64,000 nt of DNA. Source: Leucoraja ocellata (taxonomy: Eukaryota). The stretch is taken from positions 1,178,001-1,242,000 of the forward strand of contig JAWMAR010000481.1 of assembly GCA_036785375.1 (NCBI GenBank). Reading direction: 5' to 3'. Of the stretch, positions 50,400 to 62,912 are shown piece after piece; the first letter of the stretch is position 1; the number at the start of each line of letters is the position of its first letter. The position numbers and the translations under genes are program-made. The notes under the pieces are model-generated. The model worked only from the letters and a program-made list of their open reading frames with translations, was not told where the DNA came from and searched no databases.

Positions 50400-50717
50400 T
50401 TGAGCCAAATAAACCTGAAGTCAGACTGCTGCTTCAAACACACGAAGAGACCAAGCATAGCCACAAGGTCACCCTCGAGTGTGTGGTCTCTGGATTCTAC
50501 CCAGACCTCATCAACGTCACTTGGAGTAAAGACGGTGCCCTGATCTCCAACAACACCAGCGCTGCACCAACTGCTCTGGAGCAGGCGGGCACTTTCAGTG
50601 CCAGCCACTTCCTGACCATGAGTACAGAGGATTGGAAGTCAGGCTCACGTTTCAATTGTACAGTGTATCATCGCGCCTCCAACACCATCATCACGAAGGA
50701 TGTGAAGAACATCCAAG
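50400..50717 (+). CDS. IgW CH4 exon
   Basis: Acceptor TTCCAG, donor G|GTAGGC; EPNKPEVRLL...VTLECVVSGFYPDLINVTW...EDWKSGSRFNCTVYH. Confidence 0.95.
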
Positions 50718-51715
50718 GTAGGCTCCTGGGATTCACTCCATTCTCCACATTGTAAACTGTGCCACACATGGGCAGCATTGTAACATGGTGCAGTCCTGTT
50801 GTGAGCTTGTAAGTGAATTTGGCCACAGAAATAATTGTATCTTTGACGTTGCTTTAGTAACTTGAGGGCAATCCAAGCCAGTCGACAGGCCAGACACGGT
50901 GGAGATCCACAATACTCTTCTTCAAAACGGTCTTTCCCTCTGCCTTTGTACTTAATGCCAGTGGGTGCCTCAGCTGTGACAGGGTGTCCAGCAGAGCAGC
51001 TCTCTCCCTGCCCCAGAGTGGCTACAGTCAGTCTGGGCAATGTGTAGCAGCCTCTGGAACAGGCCGGCTGCAACACACTACATTCTGACAAAGCAGCAGG
51101 AGAGTTTAGTTACACCTCATGGATACAAAATGCATTTAAACAGTTGTGACTAAATGAAAGGACACAATATGCTGGAGTAACTCAGCAGGTCAGGCAGCAT
51201 CCCTGGAGGACATGGGGAGGTGAGGCTTTGAGTCGAGACCTTTCTTCATCCTACTCCGGTCCACTCGCGACTAAATAAAATAATGCCGCTGTTTCTATTT
51301 TATAATATAAAGTGAAGAACTTTACGCTGACTGGTTAGCACGCAACAAAAGCTTTTCATTGTACCTCGGTACACGTGACAATAAACTAAACTGAACTGAA
51401 CATTTTGACCTCATACATTAGCTCGATTTGCCTCTCCTCAGAGGGAATTTTATACATTTGATTCAGTAAATAGCTGGTAGCAGGTTCAGTGATCACAAAA
51501 CTGTCAAATAATGTAAATGTCAACTTGTTAATTCACATTGTTTAGCACGCTTTCCTTGTGGGATCAATAGGAAGCTTCATTCCTACACCAATGTAGATAA
51601 ATCTCCCTGATGTTGATGGGACCAGCATATCATTCAGTGGAGATGTGCACAAAATACTTCAGTAGCAAGCTGCTCCATCAGGGAACGATGACATAATAAA
51701 TGTGATTTCTCCCAG

Positions 51716-52036
51716 ATGAATGTTCAGATACCCGCCCCTCGGTCACTTTAAGCAAACCTTCCTTCGAAGAGATCTGGATCAACAAAACAGCCACCATTCT
51801 GTGTAAGGTGGTTCACGGTGATTTAGAGGGATTCAGGGTCACCTGGCAAGTGAATGAAATGAAGAGAGAAGACGGGGTGACAACTCGTGGTGTAGAGAGG
51901 ATCGGAGGTACAGACACCATCACCAGCGGACTGACGGTCCCCGCTGCAGAGTGGGAGAGTGGGGCTCTGTACACCTGTGTTGTGGAGGACAAGAGTTTGC
52001 CAACACCGGAGAGCAGATCTTTGCAGAAGCTGACAG
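51716..52036 (+). CDS. IgW CH5 exon
   Basis: Acceptor CCCAG, donor G|GTACGT; ECSDTRPSVTLSKPSFEEIWINKTATILC...EWESGALYTCVV. Confidence 0.95.
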
Positions 52037-52434
52037 GTACGTGTTGACAGAGGTTGGTGCGAGTCTGATCTGAGCAAATGGACACACTTATCACATCCAG
52101 CATAGAAAATAATTGCAGGAGCAGGCCATTCAGCCCTTCAATCCTGCACAGACATTCAATATGAGCACGCCTGATCATCCATATTCAGTACTCTCTTCCT
52201 GCATTCTCTTCATATCCCTTGATCCCTTTGCCCTAAGAACTGGATCCAACTCATTCTTGCATATATCTAATAATTGGGCTTCAATGCTGTCTGTGGCAGA
52301 GAATGTCCAGGTTCACCACTATCTGTGTGAAGACATTTCTCCCCCTCTCACACCTACACACCTTCACCTCAGACTGTCATCTCCTTGCTTGGATTCACCA
52401 ATATCTGAAACATTCTTCCTCTGCCTCACCTGTT

Positions 52435-53645
52435 CATAGAAACATAGAAAATAAGTGCAGGAGGAGGCCATTCGGCCCTACGACCCAGCACCGCCATTCA
52501 TTGTGATCATGGCTGATCGTCCCCAATCAATAACCCATGCCTGCCTTCTCCCAATATCCCTTGATTCCACTAGCCCCTAGAGCTCCATCTAACTGCATCT
52601 TAAATCCATCCAGTGATTTGGCCTCCACTGCCCTCTGTGGCAGGGAATTCCACAAGTTCACAACTCTCTGGATGAAAACGTTTTTTCTCACCTCAGTCTT
52701 AAATGGCCTCCCCTTGATTCTAAGACTGAGCCCTAGTTCTGGACTCGCCCAACATTGGGAACATTTATCCTGCTTCTAGCTTGTCCAGTCCTTTTATAAT
52801 TTTATATGTTTCTATAAGATCCCACCTCATTCTTCTAAACTCCAGTGAATACAAGCCTAGTCTTTTCAATCTTTCCTCATATGACAGTCCCGCCATCCCA
52901 GGGATCAATCTCGTGAACCAACACTGCACTGCCTCAATCACAAGGATGCCCTTCCACAAATTAGGAGACAAAACTGTACTCAATACTCTAGATGTGGTCG
53001 TACAAGTGCCCTATACAACTGCAGAAGAACTTCTCTACTCCTATACTGAAATCCTCTTGTTATGAAGGCCAACATTCCATTAGCTTTCTTCACTGCCTGC
53101 TGTATCTGCACGCTAACTTTCAGTGACCGTTGTACAAGGGCACCCAGGTCTCGCTGTACATCCCCCTTACCTAACCCCATTGAGATAATAATCTGTCCCC
53201 TTGTTTTTGCCACCAAAGTGGATAACCTCACATTTATCTATATTATACTGCATCTGCCACGCATCTGCCCACTCACTCAACCTGTCCAGGTCACCCTGCA
53301 ACCTCCTAACATCCTCTTCACAGTTCACACTGCCACCCAGCTTTGTGTCATCCGTAAACTTGCTAGTGTTGCTCCTAATTCCCTCTTCCAAATCATTAAT
53401 ATATATGGTAAACAGTTGCGGCCCCAGCAACGAGCCTTGCGGCACTCCACTCGCCACTGCCTGCTATTCTGAAAATGACCTGTTCACTCCTACTCTTTGC
53501 TTCCTGCCTGCCAACCAATTTTCTATCTACGGCAACACCCTACCCAATACCATGTGCTCTAATTTTAGTCACCAGTCTCCCGTGCGGGACCTTATCAAAG
53601 GCTTTCTGAAAGTCTAGATACCATACATATACTGGCTCCCCTTCA
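52435..53645 (-). mobile_element. CR1 LINE, 5'-truncated
   Basis: SGVPQGSLLGPQLF, KFTDDTKL, LVRPHLEY; same subfamily as 20098-21162. Confidence 0.92.
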
Positions 53646-54099
53646 TCAATCCGATTAAGAATTTCATAGTTATTCTCAGATTCCTTTGGATTTTTCTGAT
53701 CTCCAGTGGATATCTAATGGATATTGGGTGGACTTACAGATGGTCAGAGAGTGTGAAAATAAGATTAAACTCAGCTGATTAACCACATCATTAATATCCC
53801 AAGTCACCACGACAGCCTCGCCCATTACCACACTTATTCCCTCAGCGTGAGTTGCTTAGATAGAATCGAGGGAGAGGGAATTGCAACTTTCACAAGCCGA
53901 GATACAGACTGAGTCAGGACTGGAAGGGCAGGGAGCTTGAGGCAAACACCAGCCAATCATTTAAGCAGAAGGGGAGATGGAACAGACAGCGCAGAAACAG
54001 GCTGGTCCAAGGACTGAGTTCCATTTTCAGTAGAGTCTCAGCATTCAGTGGCTCCTGTTGATTAACTAACCAATTTAAACTCACTGGAAGCTATAGTTC

Positions 54100-54858
54100 A
54101 GTTTAGTTTAGAGATACAGCGACCTTCGGCCCATCAAGTCCACGCCAACCAGCGATCCTCGCACACTAACATTACCCAGCACATACCAAGGACAATTTAC
54201 AATTAAACCAAGTCAATTAGCCTACAAACAATAGACAATAGACAATAGGTGCAGGAGTAGGCCATTTGGCCCTTCGAGCCAGCACCTCCATTCAATGTGA
54301 TCGTGGCTGATCATCCCCAATCAGTACCCCGATCCCGCCTTCTCCCCATATCCCCTGACTCCGCTATCTTTAAGAGCCCTATCTAGCTCTCTCTTGAAAG
54401 TATCCAGAAAATCGACCTCCGCCGCCCTCTGAGGCAGAGAATTCCACAGATTCACAACTCTCTGTGTGAAAAAGTGTTTCCTCATCTCTGTTCAAAATAG
54501 TTTAACACTTATTCTTAAACTGTGGCCCCTGGTTCTGGACTCCCTGAACGTCGGGAACATGTTTCCTGCCTCTAACGTGTCCACACCCTTAATAATCTTA
54601 TGTTTCGATCAGATTCCCTCTCATCCATCTAAATTCCAGAGTATACAAGCCCAGCCGCTCCATTTTCTCAGCATATGACAGTCCCGCCATACAGAGAACA
54701 TGTACATTTTTGTAGTGTGGGAGGAAACCTGAGCACCCGGAGAAAACCCACGCGGTCACGTACAAACTCCATGCAGGCACCAGCCATAGTTGGGATCAAA
54801 CCCCATGTCTCTTGCATTGTAGGCAGCAATTCTACCACTGCGCCACCATGCCGCCCTG
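54100..54858 (-). mobile_element. tRNA-SINE interrupted by a CR1 3' fragment (~54230-54690)
   Basis: SINE head GGCGGCATGGTGGCGCAGTGGTAGAATTGC on minus at ~54855; CR1 with (CAATAGA)n tail nested inside. Confidence 0.75.
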
Positions 54859-55051
54859 TAAAATGCACCAGAGGCATGATTTCTATTCCATACATCCCTA
54901 CAATGAGCAGAAAGGAAAAGCCTTTAGTTTCAGGTGAACTGAGGTCCCTCAGGATGTAAACGGGGTCCATGTCAGTATAAGATTGGAATGTATTGTGTAA
55001 GTACAGAATTATCGACAGATTCAGTCTAACTCAGGTTCTCTCTGTTCCCAG

Positions 55052-55437
55052 ATGGAGTTGAGATACGTCCTCAAGTCTACCTCCTCCCCCCTTCATTGGA
55101 TGAGGTGGAGACGGATAAGACAGCCACCTTGACGTGCCTGGTCACCAAATTCTCTCCTGCAGATATCTATGTGGCCTGGATGGCCAACGACACCCTTCTG
55201 AAGACAGGGATCGTGAACCAGCCCGTGACCAAGGACACCAGGAATGGGTGGAACACCATGACCAGTCAGTTGAAGGTTTCTCCAGAGGACTGGAACTGTG
55301 GCACCACCTTCTCCTGTGTTGTGGGACATGGATCCATCACAACCAGTCTATTCAGAAGCATCAATAAATCTCACAGCAAACCCACCCTGGTCAATGTCTC
55401 ACTTGTTCTGACTGACAGCTTTAAATCTTGTGTGTAA
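55052..55437 (+). CDS. IgW CH6 exon with long-form secretory tailpiece
   Basis: Acceptor TTCCCAG; RPQVYLLPPS...TATLTCLVTKFSPADIYVAW...FSCVVGH...KPTLVNVSLVLTDSFKSCV* (NVS sequon, penultimate Cys). Confidence 0.97.
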
Positions 55438-55729
55438 CATGATTCATTTCTCAAACACTTGTTTTGTTCATTTCTGGATGTATTAACTGACCCAGAGGAT
55501 GATGGGTTAGTTCCCTAATACATCATCAAAATGTGAACCTTTGTAAATCATTAAAAACATAATGCCACACGAGATATAAATGAAGCCACAGCCATGATTC
55601 ACCACAAATGTCTGAGCTTCTGGATGCATTTACAGAACTATTTCTGCCGTGCTTGAACAGATTTTAACCCTGTATGGGATCACACGAGGTATTAAATCTA
55701 TGTATGTGTCAATGTATCAATACAAGATC

Positions 55730-55780
55730 AATAAATGTGATGTGAAAAAGGTTTTGTGTGCGTGTCTGTGTTTTGGGTGG
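55730..55780 (+). terminator. PolyA signal of secretory IgW long form
   Basis: AATAAA at 55730-55735 followed by a GT-rich downstream element. Confidence 0.75.
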
Positions 55781-56390
55781 CAGTACATGGGTAGCTTGGG
55801 ATGTGATGTGTGCACATTCTAGGAGAAGCACATTCTGGGAGAAATAGTTGTTGTTGGATCAATGTGTCCAAAACCTTCCACCATTGGGTGTTCTCACACC
55901 CACGCCTGGACCAGTTGAAGACAGAGATTGATTGTGGTCGTTAACTCCATTATCACTGTGCCGTGTGACCGTCAGGGTGACACAAGGTGAACTGATTGGT
56001 CCGTGGTCTTTCCTTGCCCAGCTGTGACAATGTACCTGATGCCAGCTCACACACGGCAAACCAAATCTGGGCAGATCTCCTGCGTCGGGTAGTGCTTGCT
56101 TTCTCCCTCTTTCCCCTCCCCTTCCCAGCTCTCCCACAGCCCACCTGTGTTTAGCTGTTTGGTTTCAGGATAAATATTAGCTCAGGACTCTGAGCAGGGC
56201 TTCCGGTGGCGGCATGCTTTGCTAGCAGTCGCAAATCTTTTAGCTCCGCTGAAAAAAATCGCGATTTTTCGCGTTAAAATCGGGTCTGGAGGTCGGGACC
56301 GATTTTAAAGACTTACCGGAATTTCATGTCGCGGTGCTGATGACGTCATCAGTAAGCGCCGTGGATTTAACGGAGGGAAAGGCATTTTAA

Positions 56391-57422
56391 ATGAAAAATA
56401 CATCTCCAGGTCAGAGCCCACAGAGGAAAGTGACAAAACACCTGCTGAAGACTCAGGAACATAAAGAAACTGCAAAACTAACCTCTGGAGTGGATTCTGG
56501 AATGGCTACACGATCTAAGACTGAGTTGATCACAAAAGAGAAAACTGAAATGGAGGAATTAAAGAACTCGGTAAGAGATTTGAAAAATGATGTGAAAGCT
56601 GGAAATTTAAACTTGATGGAAAACATACAATCCATTAATGCTGGTAATGAAAAAATACTCGCGGGCATTGGTGCTCTGCAAAAAAGAGTTGATGATGTGC
56701 AAGAAGAGCTAACGGGGAAAATTACTAAGGTGGCAGAAGAGTCCACAAAGATGTTTGAGGCTGTGCATGAAACTATTTCCGCAAATGCAATTGCAGTGAA
56801 AGATTTGGAAGCTGTTGTGGAAGAGATGGCTGGAGAAATGGAGGCAATGAAGTTAGAATTAGACAGCCTCAAGAGCCAATTTACAAAAGTATCTGATAAA
56901 TGTGTTGAACTAGAAGCTCGCTCAAGACGTCAAAATATACGAATACGTGGAGTGAAAGAGGGAGCTGAGGGGGAAAACGCTCGTGAGTTCACTGCCAATT
57001 TAATCAAACATGTACTCAATTTACCTGAGGCACCAGTAATTGAAGAAGCACATCGACTACCTAGATTTAAACCAAGATTTCAAGGAGAACAAGCCTACCC
57101 ACGACAGATCATAGTCAAACTTCGGGATATCCCAACAGTGGAAGCGCTGATGAAAAAAATTAAACACGGAGAGAAGATGATGTATGGAAATGATTCTATT
57201 AAACTTCTACGGGACTACCCTTATGAGATTGTGCAAAAGAGAAGAAAGTTCTCACAGACCAGAGAAGCTCTCTACGGTGTCAAGGGCGTCATATGTGGAG
57301 TGTTTTATCCGGCTAGGATGCGTATCACTTTCAAGGGAATCTCAAAAACATTCACTAACCCGGTAGAATCCCTTAAATACGCTCAAGAAATCGTGGCTAA
57401 GGCAGCAACAAAAGAAGATTGA
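56391..57422 (+). CDS. L1 ORF1p
   Basis: Coiled coil, LEARSRRQNIRIRGVKEG, IEEAHR, PRQIIVKL, YPARMRI. Confidence 0.93.
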   Translation: MKNTSPGQSPQRKVTKHLLKTQEHKETAKLTSGVDSGMATRSKTELITKEKTEMEELKNSVRDLKNDVKAGNLNLMENIQSINAGNEKILAGIGALQKRVDDVQEELTGKITKVAEESTKMFEAVHETISANAIAVKDLEAVVEEMAGEMEAMKLELDSLKSQFTKVSDKCVELEARSRRQNIRIRGVKEGAEGENAREFTANLIKHVLNLPEAPVIEEAHRLPRFKPRFQGEQAYPRQIIVKLRDIPTVEALMKKIKHGEKMMYGNDSIKLLRDYPYEIVQKRRKFSQTREALYGVKGVICGVFYPARMRITFKGISKTFTNPVESLKYAQEIVAKAATKED

Positions 57423-58358
57423 TCACCAGACGTCATGAACTAATTAATGTGCTTATTCCCCCAACAAGAATATTAGTAGAAAATTGAAAAAAGTGAATAA
57501 CACCAAGCTTTAAAAATGATTATTCGCAACAGATTTTCCACGAGACATGTCTAGACATTATAATCTTCTCTCGAATTTAATTCAAGGACATGCGATGCTC
57601 AAACCAGGAAACATTGATAACAGAAGAATGCAGTTCTGCTGAAGCTGAGAGAGACTGAAAAACATCACATGGCTTACATACTCTTACAGACTCTTACAAA
57701 GTATAGAGAATTATTAGTAATTAATAACTAACAATACTAATACATAAACTGATATTGATAAAAATGTGTTATAACGCAGACAACATGGTAATCTCACAGG
57801 TTCCGCAGCTCGAGTGGGGAGGGGAAGAGACTCAGGCACCTGGCTTAATTCCAGGAGCCTGACTCTGTTTAACCCTTTCAACGAACAGCTCACTTTTAAC
57901 AATACTAAAACCAATTACAAATAGTTAAGAGATAAAGAGAGAGGAATATATGTAACTGAATACTTGATTAGATTTGATAAGTCGGAATGAAACATATATA
58001 TATATATACTGCAATGGGGTGAAATAGAACTGATTTGGAAACGGTACCTACCCCCTAGGTTATGAGTAATAAAGTCAGTGGGGCTAACCTCATAACAGCT
58101 ACGCCGGAAGCAATATTGATGTCGTATCCCACAGACGAGTGGGCCACTCACTACGGTGTCGGAAACCCAGACACCGTACATTTATTCTATATACTTTTTG
58201 TTTTAATCACAATATGTCACATTTATGTGTTTTTTTTTCAAGGACAATCGCGGAGGGGAACTACCAAGAAAGTCTATAATATAAATGCTCCCAAAATAAC
58301 CAGAGTCCTGAGGTATGGATGCACCATAGTAAGTAAGGTCATTAAAATTGGTAAAAAT

Positions 58359-61300
58359 GTATGACGACAATCAAAGGAAAATGGGAGGAGTCACACTATG
58401 TAGTTGGAATATAAGGGGTATTAATGAACCTATTAAAAGGGGCAAGATACTAGCTCAGTTGAAAGCATACAACACGGACATTTCGTTCCTACAGGAAACG
58501 CATCTTAAACATCAAGATCAGACGAGACTGAGGGCTAACTGGATAGGCCAAACATTTCACTCTTCATTCACTTCTAAATCCAGAGGTACTGCAATTATTA
58601 TTCGTAAAGGAATTCCATTTAAATCAAAGAATACTATTTCAGATAAGGAAGGGAGATATCTTATAGTAGCAGGAGAGATCAATAATACGCCAATTACGCT
58701 GGTAAATATATATGCGCCCAACTTTGATAACCCTCAATTTTTTAATAAAATTCTGAATATAATTGCAGAATTTAATTATCAAAATGTTATAATTGGAGGA
58801 GACTTCAACTGTGTTTTAGACCCTTATTTAGATAAATCGATGCAAAAACAAAAAGGTAATATGAAATCTAAAACCAGTGAACTCTTACATACATATATGG
58901 AAAACACAAATATAGCAGATGTATGGAGGATTGCAAATCCGACGGGAAGGGACTACTCGTTCTATTCAACGGTGCATAAAACATATTCACGGATAGACTA
59001 TTTTCTTGTGGATACAAAATTAATTACACACACTATGAATCCTAAATACCACATTAATGCGATTTCAGATCACTCTCCTTTAACCTTTGTTTTAAAATTA
59101 GAAGGAATGTCTATGAATAAATCGTTCTGGAGGTTTAATTCGCAACTTTTAAAAGACCCACAAGGGAGTATATATCTAAAAAAACAGATGGACTTATTCT
59201 TTGAGATAAATGATACACCAGATATATCCCCCACGCTATTATGGGAATCCTTTAAAGCATTTATTAGAGGAGTCATTATTTCATTTCAAGCTTATCAAAA
59301 TAAAAAGAATAAGAAAGAACAAAGACATTTAGAAGAACAAATAAAACAATTAGATACAGATAATGCTAAAGATCCAACTATGGATAAACATAATAAAATC
59401 CTATTATTGAAATTCAAGCTGAATAAATTATTGTCAGAGAAAGTTATAACATTATTCCAAGTTACAAAACAAGAACACTTTGAATTCGGGGACAAACCAC
59501 ACAAACTTTTAGCACGCCAATTGAAAAAACGGGAAAAAGAGAATGCAATACTAAAGATTAAATCAGATAGTGGGGAATTATTAACATTACCCAAGGATAT
59601 CAATAAAAGATTTGCTCAATTTTACGAAAATCTATATACATCTAAAACGTCAATAGATAATAATAAAGTTTCAGAATTTCTGGAAAATTGTAACCTCCCA
59701 AAATTAGAATTGAGGGAACAAGAGGAACTGGGAGCAACAATTACTTCTAAGGAGATAGAAGACACAATAAAAACACTAAAGAACGGCAAAACACCAGGAC
59801 CAGACGGATTCAGTAGTGAATTCTATAAAGCCTTTTACGATATAGTTACCCACGATTACAGAAAATGTATACATACGCTTTTAAAGAGCAAAGCTTACCC
59901 GAAACTTTAGCAGAATCAACGATCACATTAATACTTAAAAAAGATAAAAACATAGAAGAACCAGGCTCATATAGAGCTATTGCTTTGTTAAATACGGATC
60001 AAAAAATAATAGCGAAAACACTAGCCAGTAGACTAAGCAGGTACGTTAGTAGATTAATAAATGGAGATCAAACAGGATTTATACCTAAGAGACACTCATT
60101 CAATAATTTGAGACGTTTGCTTAACATAATGCACTCACAAAAATCTCACGACCAAGAGTCATCTATTATCTCACTGGACGCAGAAAAAGTGTTTGATCAA
60201 GTAGAATGGGATTATATGATTAAAGTATTGCAAAAATTCCAATTGGGAGAAAACTTTATCGCATGGATAAAACTATTATATAACAAACCTACGGCTAGAA
60301 TATTAACTAATAATATTTTATCCTCGAAATTTGAACTATCAAGGGGCAATAGACAAGGATGCTCATTATCACCGCTGTTATTTGCTTTGGTAATTGAACC
60401 CCTTGCTGAAAAAATAAGAACACATCCGGATATTTATGGTTATAATACAAAATACTCAAAGAATAAAATATCCCTATATGCCGATGATGTACTACTGTAC
60501 ATCACAAAACCACAAATTAGTATACCAAACATATTAAATTTAATTGAAGACTTTGGATCCTTTTCGGGATATAGAATAAATTGGAACAAAAGTGAAATTA
60601 TGTCGATAAAACCAAAAGACTCAACACATCTTCGGAAATTTCCCTTTAAAATAGCTACAGAAAAATTCAAATATTTGGGAATTGAAATTATTAGAAATTA
60701 CCAGGATATGTTTAAAGCCAATTATAATCCCTTACTCAAGAAATTGAATAATCTGATTAAATTCTGGAAAACACTTCCGATGTCCTTAATAGGCAGAATA
60801 AATGCTATTAAAATGATTTTCTTACCACAAATTCTATACCTATTTCAATCAATACCTATATATCTCCCAAAAAAGTTTTTCAAAAAATTGGACTCAGACA
60901 TTACAAATTTTATATGGGATTATAAATCCCATAGAATACAAATAGCACACCTTAATAAACGAAAAGAGCTGGGGGGTCTAGCGCTCCCTAATTTTATGTA
61001 TTATAATTGGGCAGTAAATATTAAAAATATGATTCACCTGCTGGACAATTCTGCACAGCAGGCGGACTGGATGGTAATGGAAAAAGGGGACTGCTCCCCG
61101 AGTAATATAGGAGCGACCATCCTCTCACCAATAAATTTGAATAATAAAAATTATAATAAAAATCCAATTATACATAACACAATAAGAACATGGAAACAAA
61201 TAAAACAGAATTTAAAATTAAGAAACCTATCTCTTTTAATACCAATAGTCAATAATCCATTGTTTAAACCATCAATCATAGACAAATCATTTATACAATG

Positions 61301-62912
61301 GGAAAGAATGGGAATCAAAACGCTCGAAGATCTGTATGAATTGGGGAATTTACTATCATTTCAACAACTACAACTGAAATATAATTTGAAAAATAACCAA
61401 TATTTTAAATATCTTCAAATTTGTGATTATCTGAAAAAACACACAAAAGACTATCATAATATGCCTTCCGACTTATTGGATGAAGCAATGAAGACCAAGG
61501 CGGAATCAGCTAATTTAATATCGTACCTATATAATATCATTTTAAACATAGAAATACCCACAACAGATGGAATTAGAAAAGATTGGGAACAAGAATTAGC
61601 TATAAAAATCTCAAAAGAGACCTGGGATAATCATTTACTACAGGTACATGGTAAATGGTAGGGAATTGAAGAATACAGTTGAACAGAGGGATCTGGGTAT
61701 AACCGTGCATAGTTCCTTGAAGGTGGAATCTCATATAGATAGGGTGGTAAAGAAAGCTTTTGGTATGCTAGCCTTTATAAATCAGAGCATTGAGTATAGA
61801 AGCTGGGATGTAATGTTAAAATTGTACAAGGCATTGGTGAGACCAAATCTGGAGTATGGGGTACAATTTTGGTCGCCAAATTATAGGAAGGATGTCAACA
61901 AAATAGAGAGAGTACAGAGGAGATTTACTAGAATATTGCCTGGGTTTCAACAACTAAGTTACAGAGATAGGTTGAATAAGTTAGGTCTTTATTCTCTGGA
62001 GCGCAGAAGGTTAAGGGGGGACCTGATAGAGGTCTTTAAAATGATGAGAGGGATAGACAGAGTTGATGTGGACAAGCTTTTCCCTTTGAGAATAGGGAAG
62101 ATTCAAACAAGAGGACATGACTTCAGAATTAAGGGACAGAGGTTTAGGGGTAATATGAGGGGGAACTTCTTTACGCAGAGAGTGGTGGTGGTGTGGAATG
62201 AGCTCCCAGTGGAAGTGGTGGAGGCAGGTTCATTGGTATCATTTAAAAATAAATTGGATAGGCATATGGATGAGAAGGGAATGGAGGGTTATGGTACGAG
62301 TGCAGGCAGGTGGGACTAAGGGGAAAAAAATTTGTTCGGCATGGACTTGTAGGGCCGAGATGGCCTGTTTCCGTGCTGTAATTGTTATATGGTTATATGG
62401 TTATATAGGTGCATAAATGTTCGATCAACGTACGACATACGCTCATCCAATTTAAAACATTACATAGATTATATTATTCAAAAACTAAATTAAATAAAAT
62501 CTTCCCTAATGTTTCACCAATCTGTGATAAATGCCTGTGTCAAGAAGCTACCATAGCGCACTCTTTTGTTTTTTGTACAAAAATCCAAAAATTCTGGTAT
62601 GAAATATTTGATATTTTTTCAAAATTGATCAAAATAAAACTGGTACCAAAACCAGAATGGATTATCTTCGGAATATCGGAAGGTAACCCTGAATTAAACG
62701 TGTTTCAGAAGAATTTATTTAATTACGGGCTAATAATGGGAAAAAAGCTTATACTTAAATTCTGGAAAAATGCGTCGACACCAACAATAAAAATGTGGAT
62801 ATCAAATATGTTTGAAACATTACATCTGGAAGAGATGAGATTCCTCCTAGCAGGTAAAGCAGACCAATTCCAAAAGACGTGGTCTATGTTTCTGGACCTA
62901 TTACAAGTATGA
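58359..62912 (+). pseudogene. L1 ORF2 (APE endonuclease, RT, Cys-rich C-terminus); frameshift at ~59851 and CR1 insertion
   Basis: SWNIRGIN, FLQETH, NIYAPN, GGDFN, SRIDYF, SDH; KTPGPDGF; SLDAEKVFD; RQGCSLSPLLF; LYADDVL; CDKC...AHSFVFC. Confidence 0.93.
61646..62406 (+). mobile_element. Young CR1 inserted into L1 ORF2
   Basis: Open 223-aa CR1 C-terminus, (GGTTATAT)n tail; flanks AGGTACAT / AGGTGCAT; L1 peptide HLLQVH|KCSINVRH rejoins across it. Confidence 0.93.

Noticed and set aside
61648-62319. Apparent L1-CR1 fusion ORF
   Set aside because: Simple nested insertion; the L1 frame rejoins across it.
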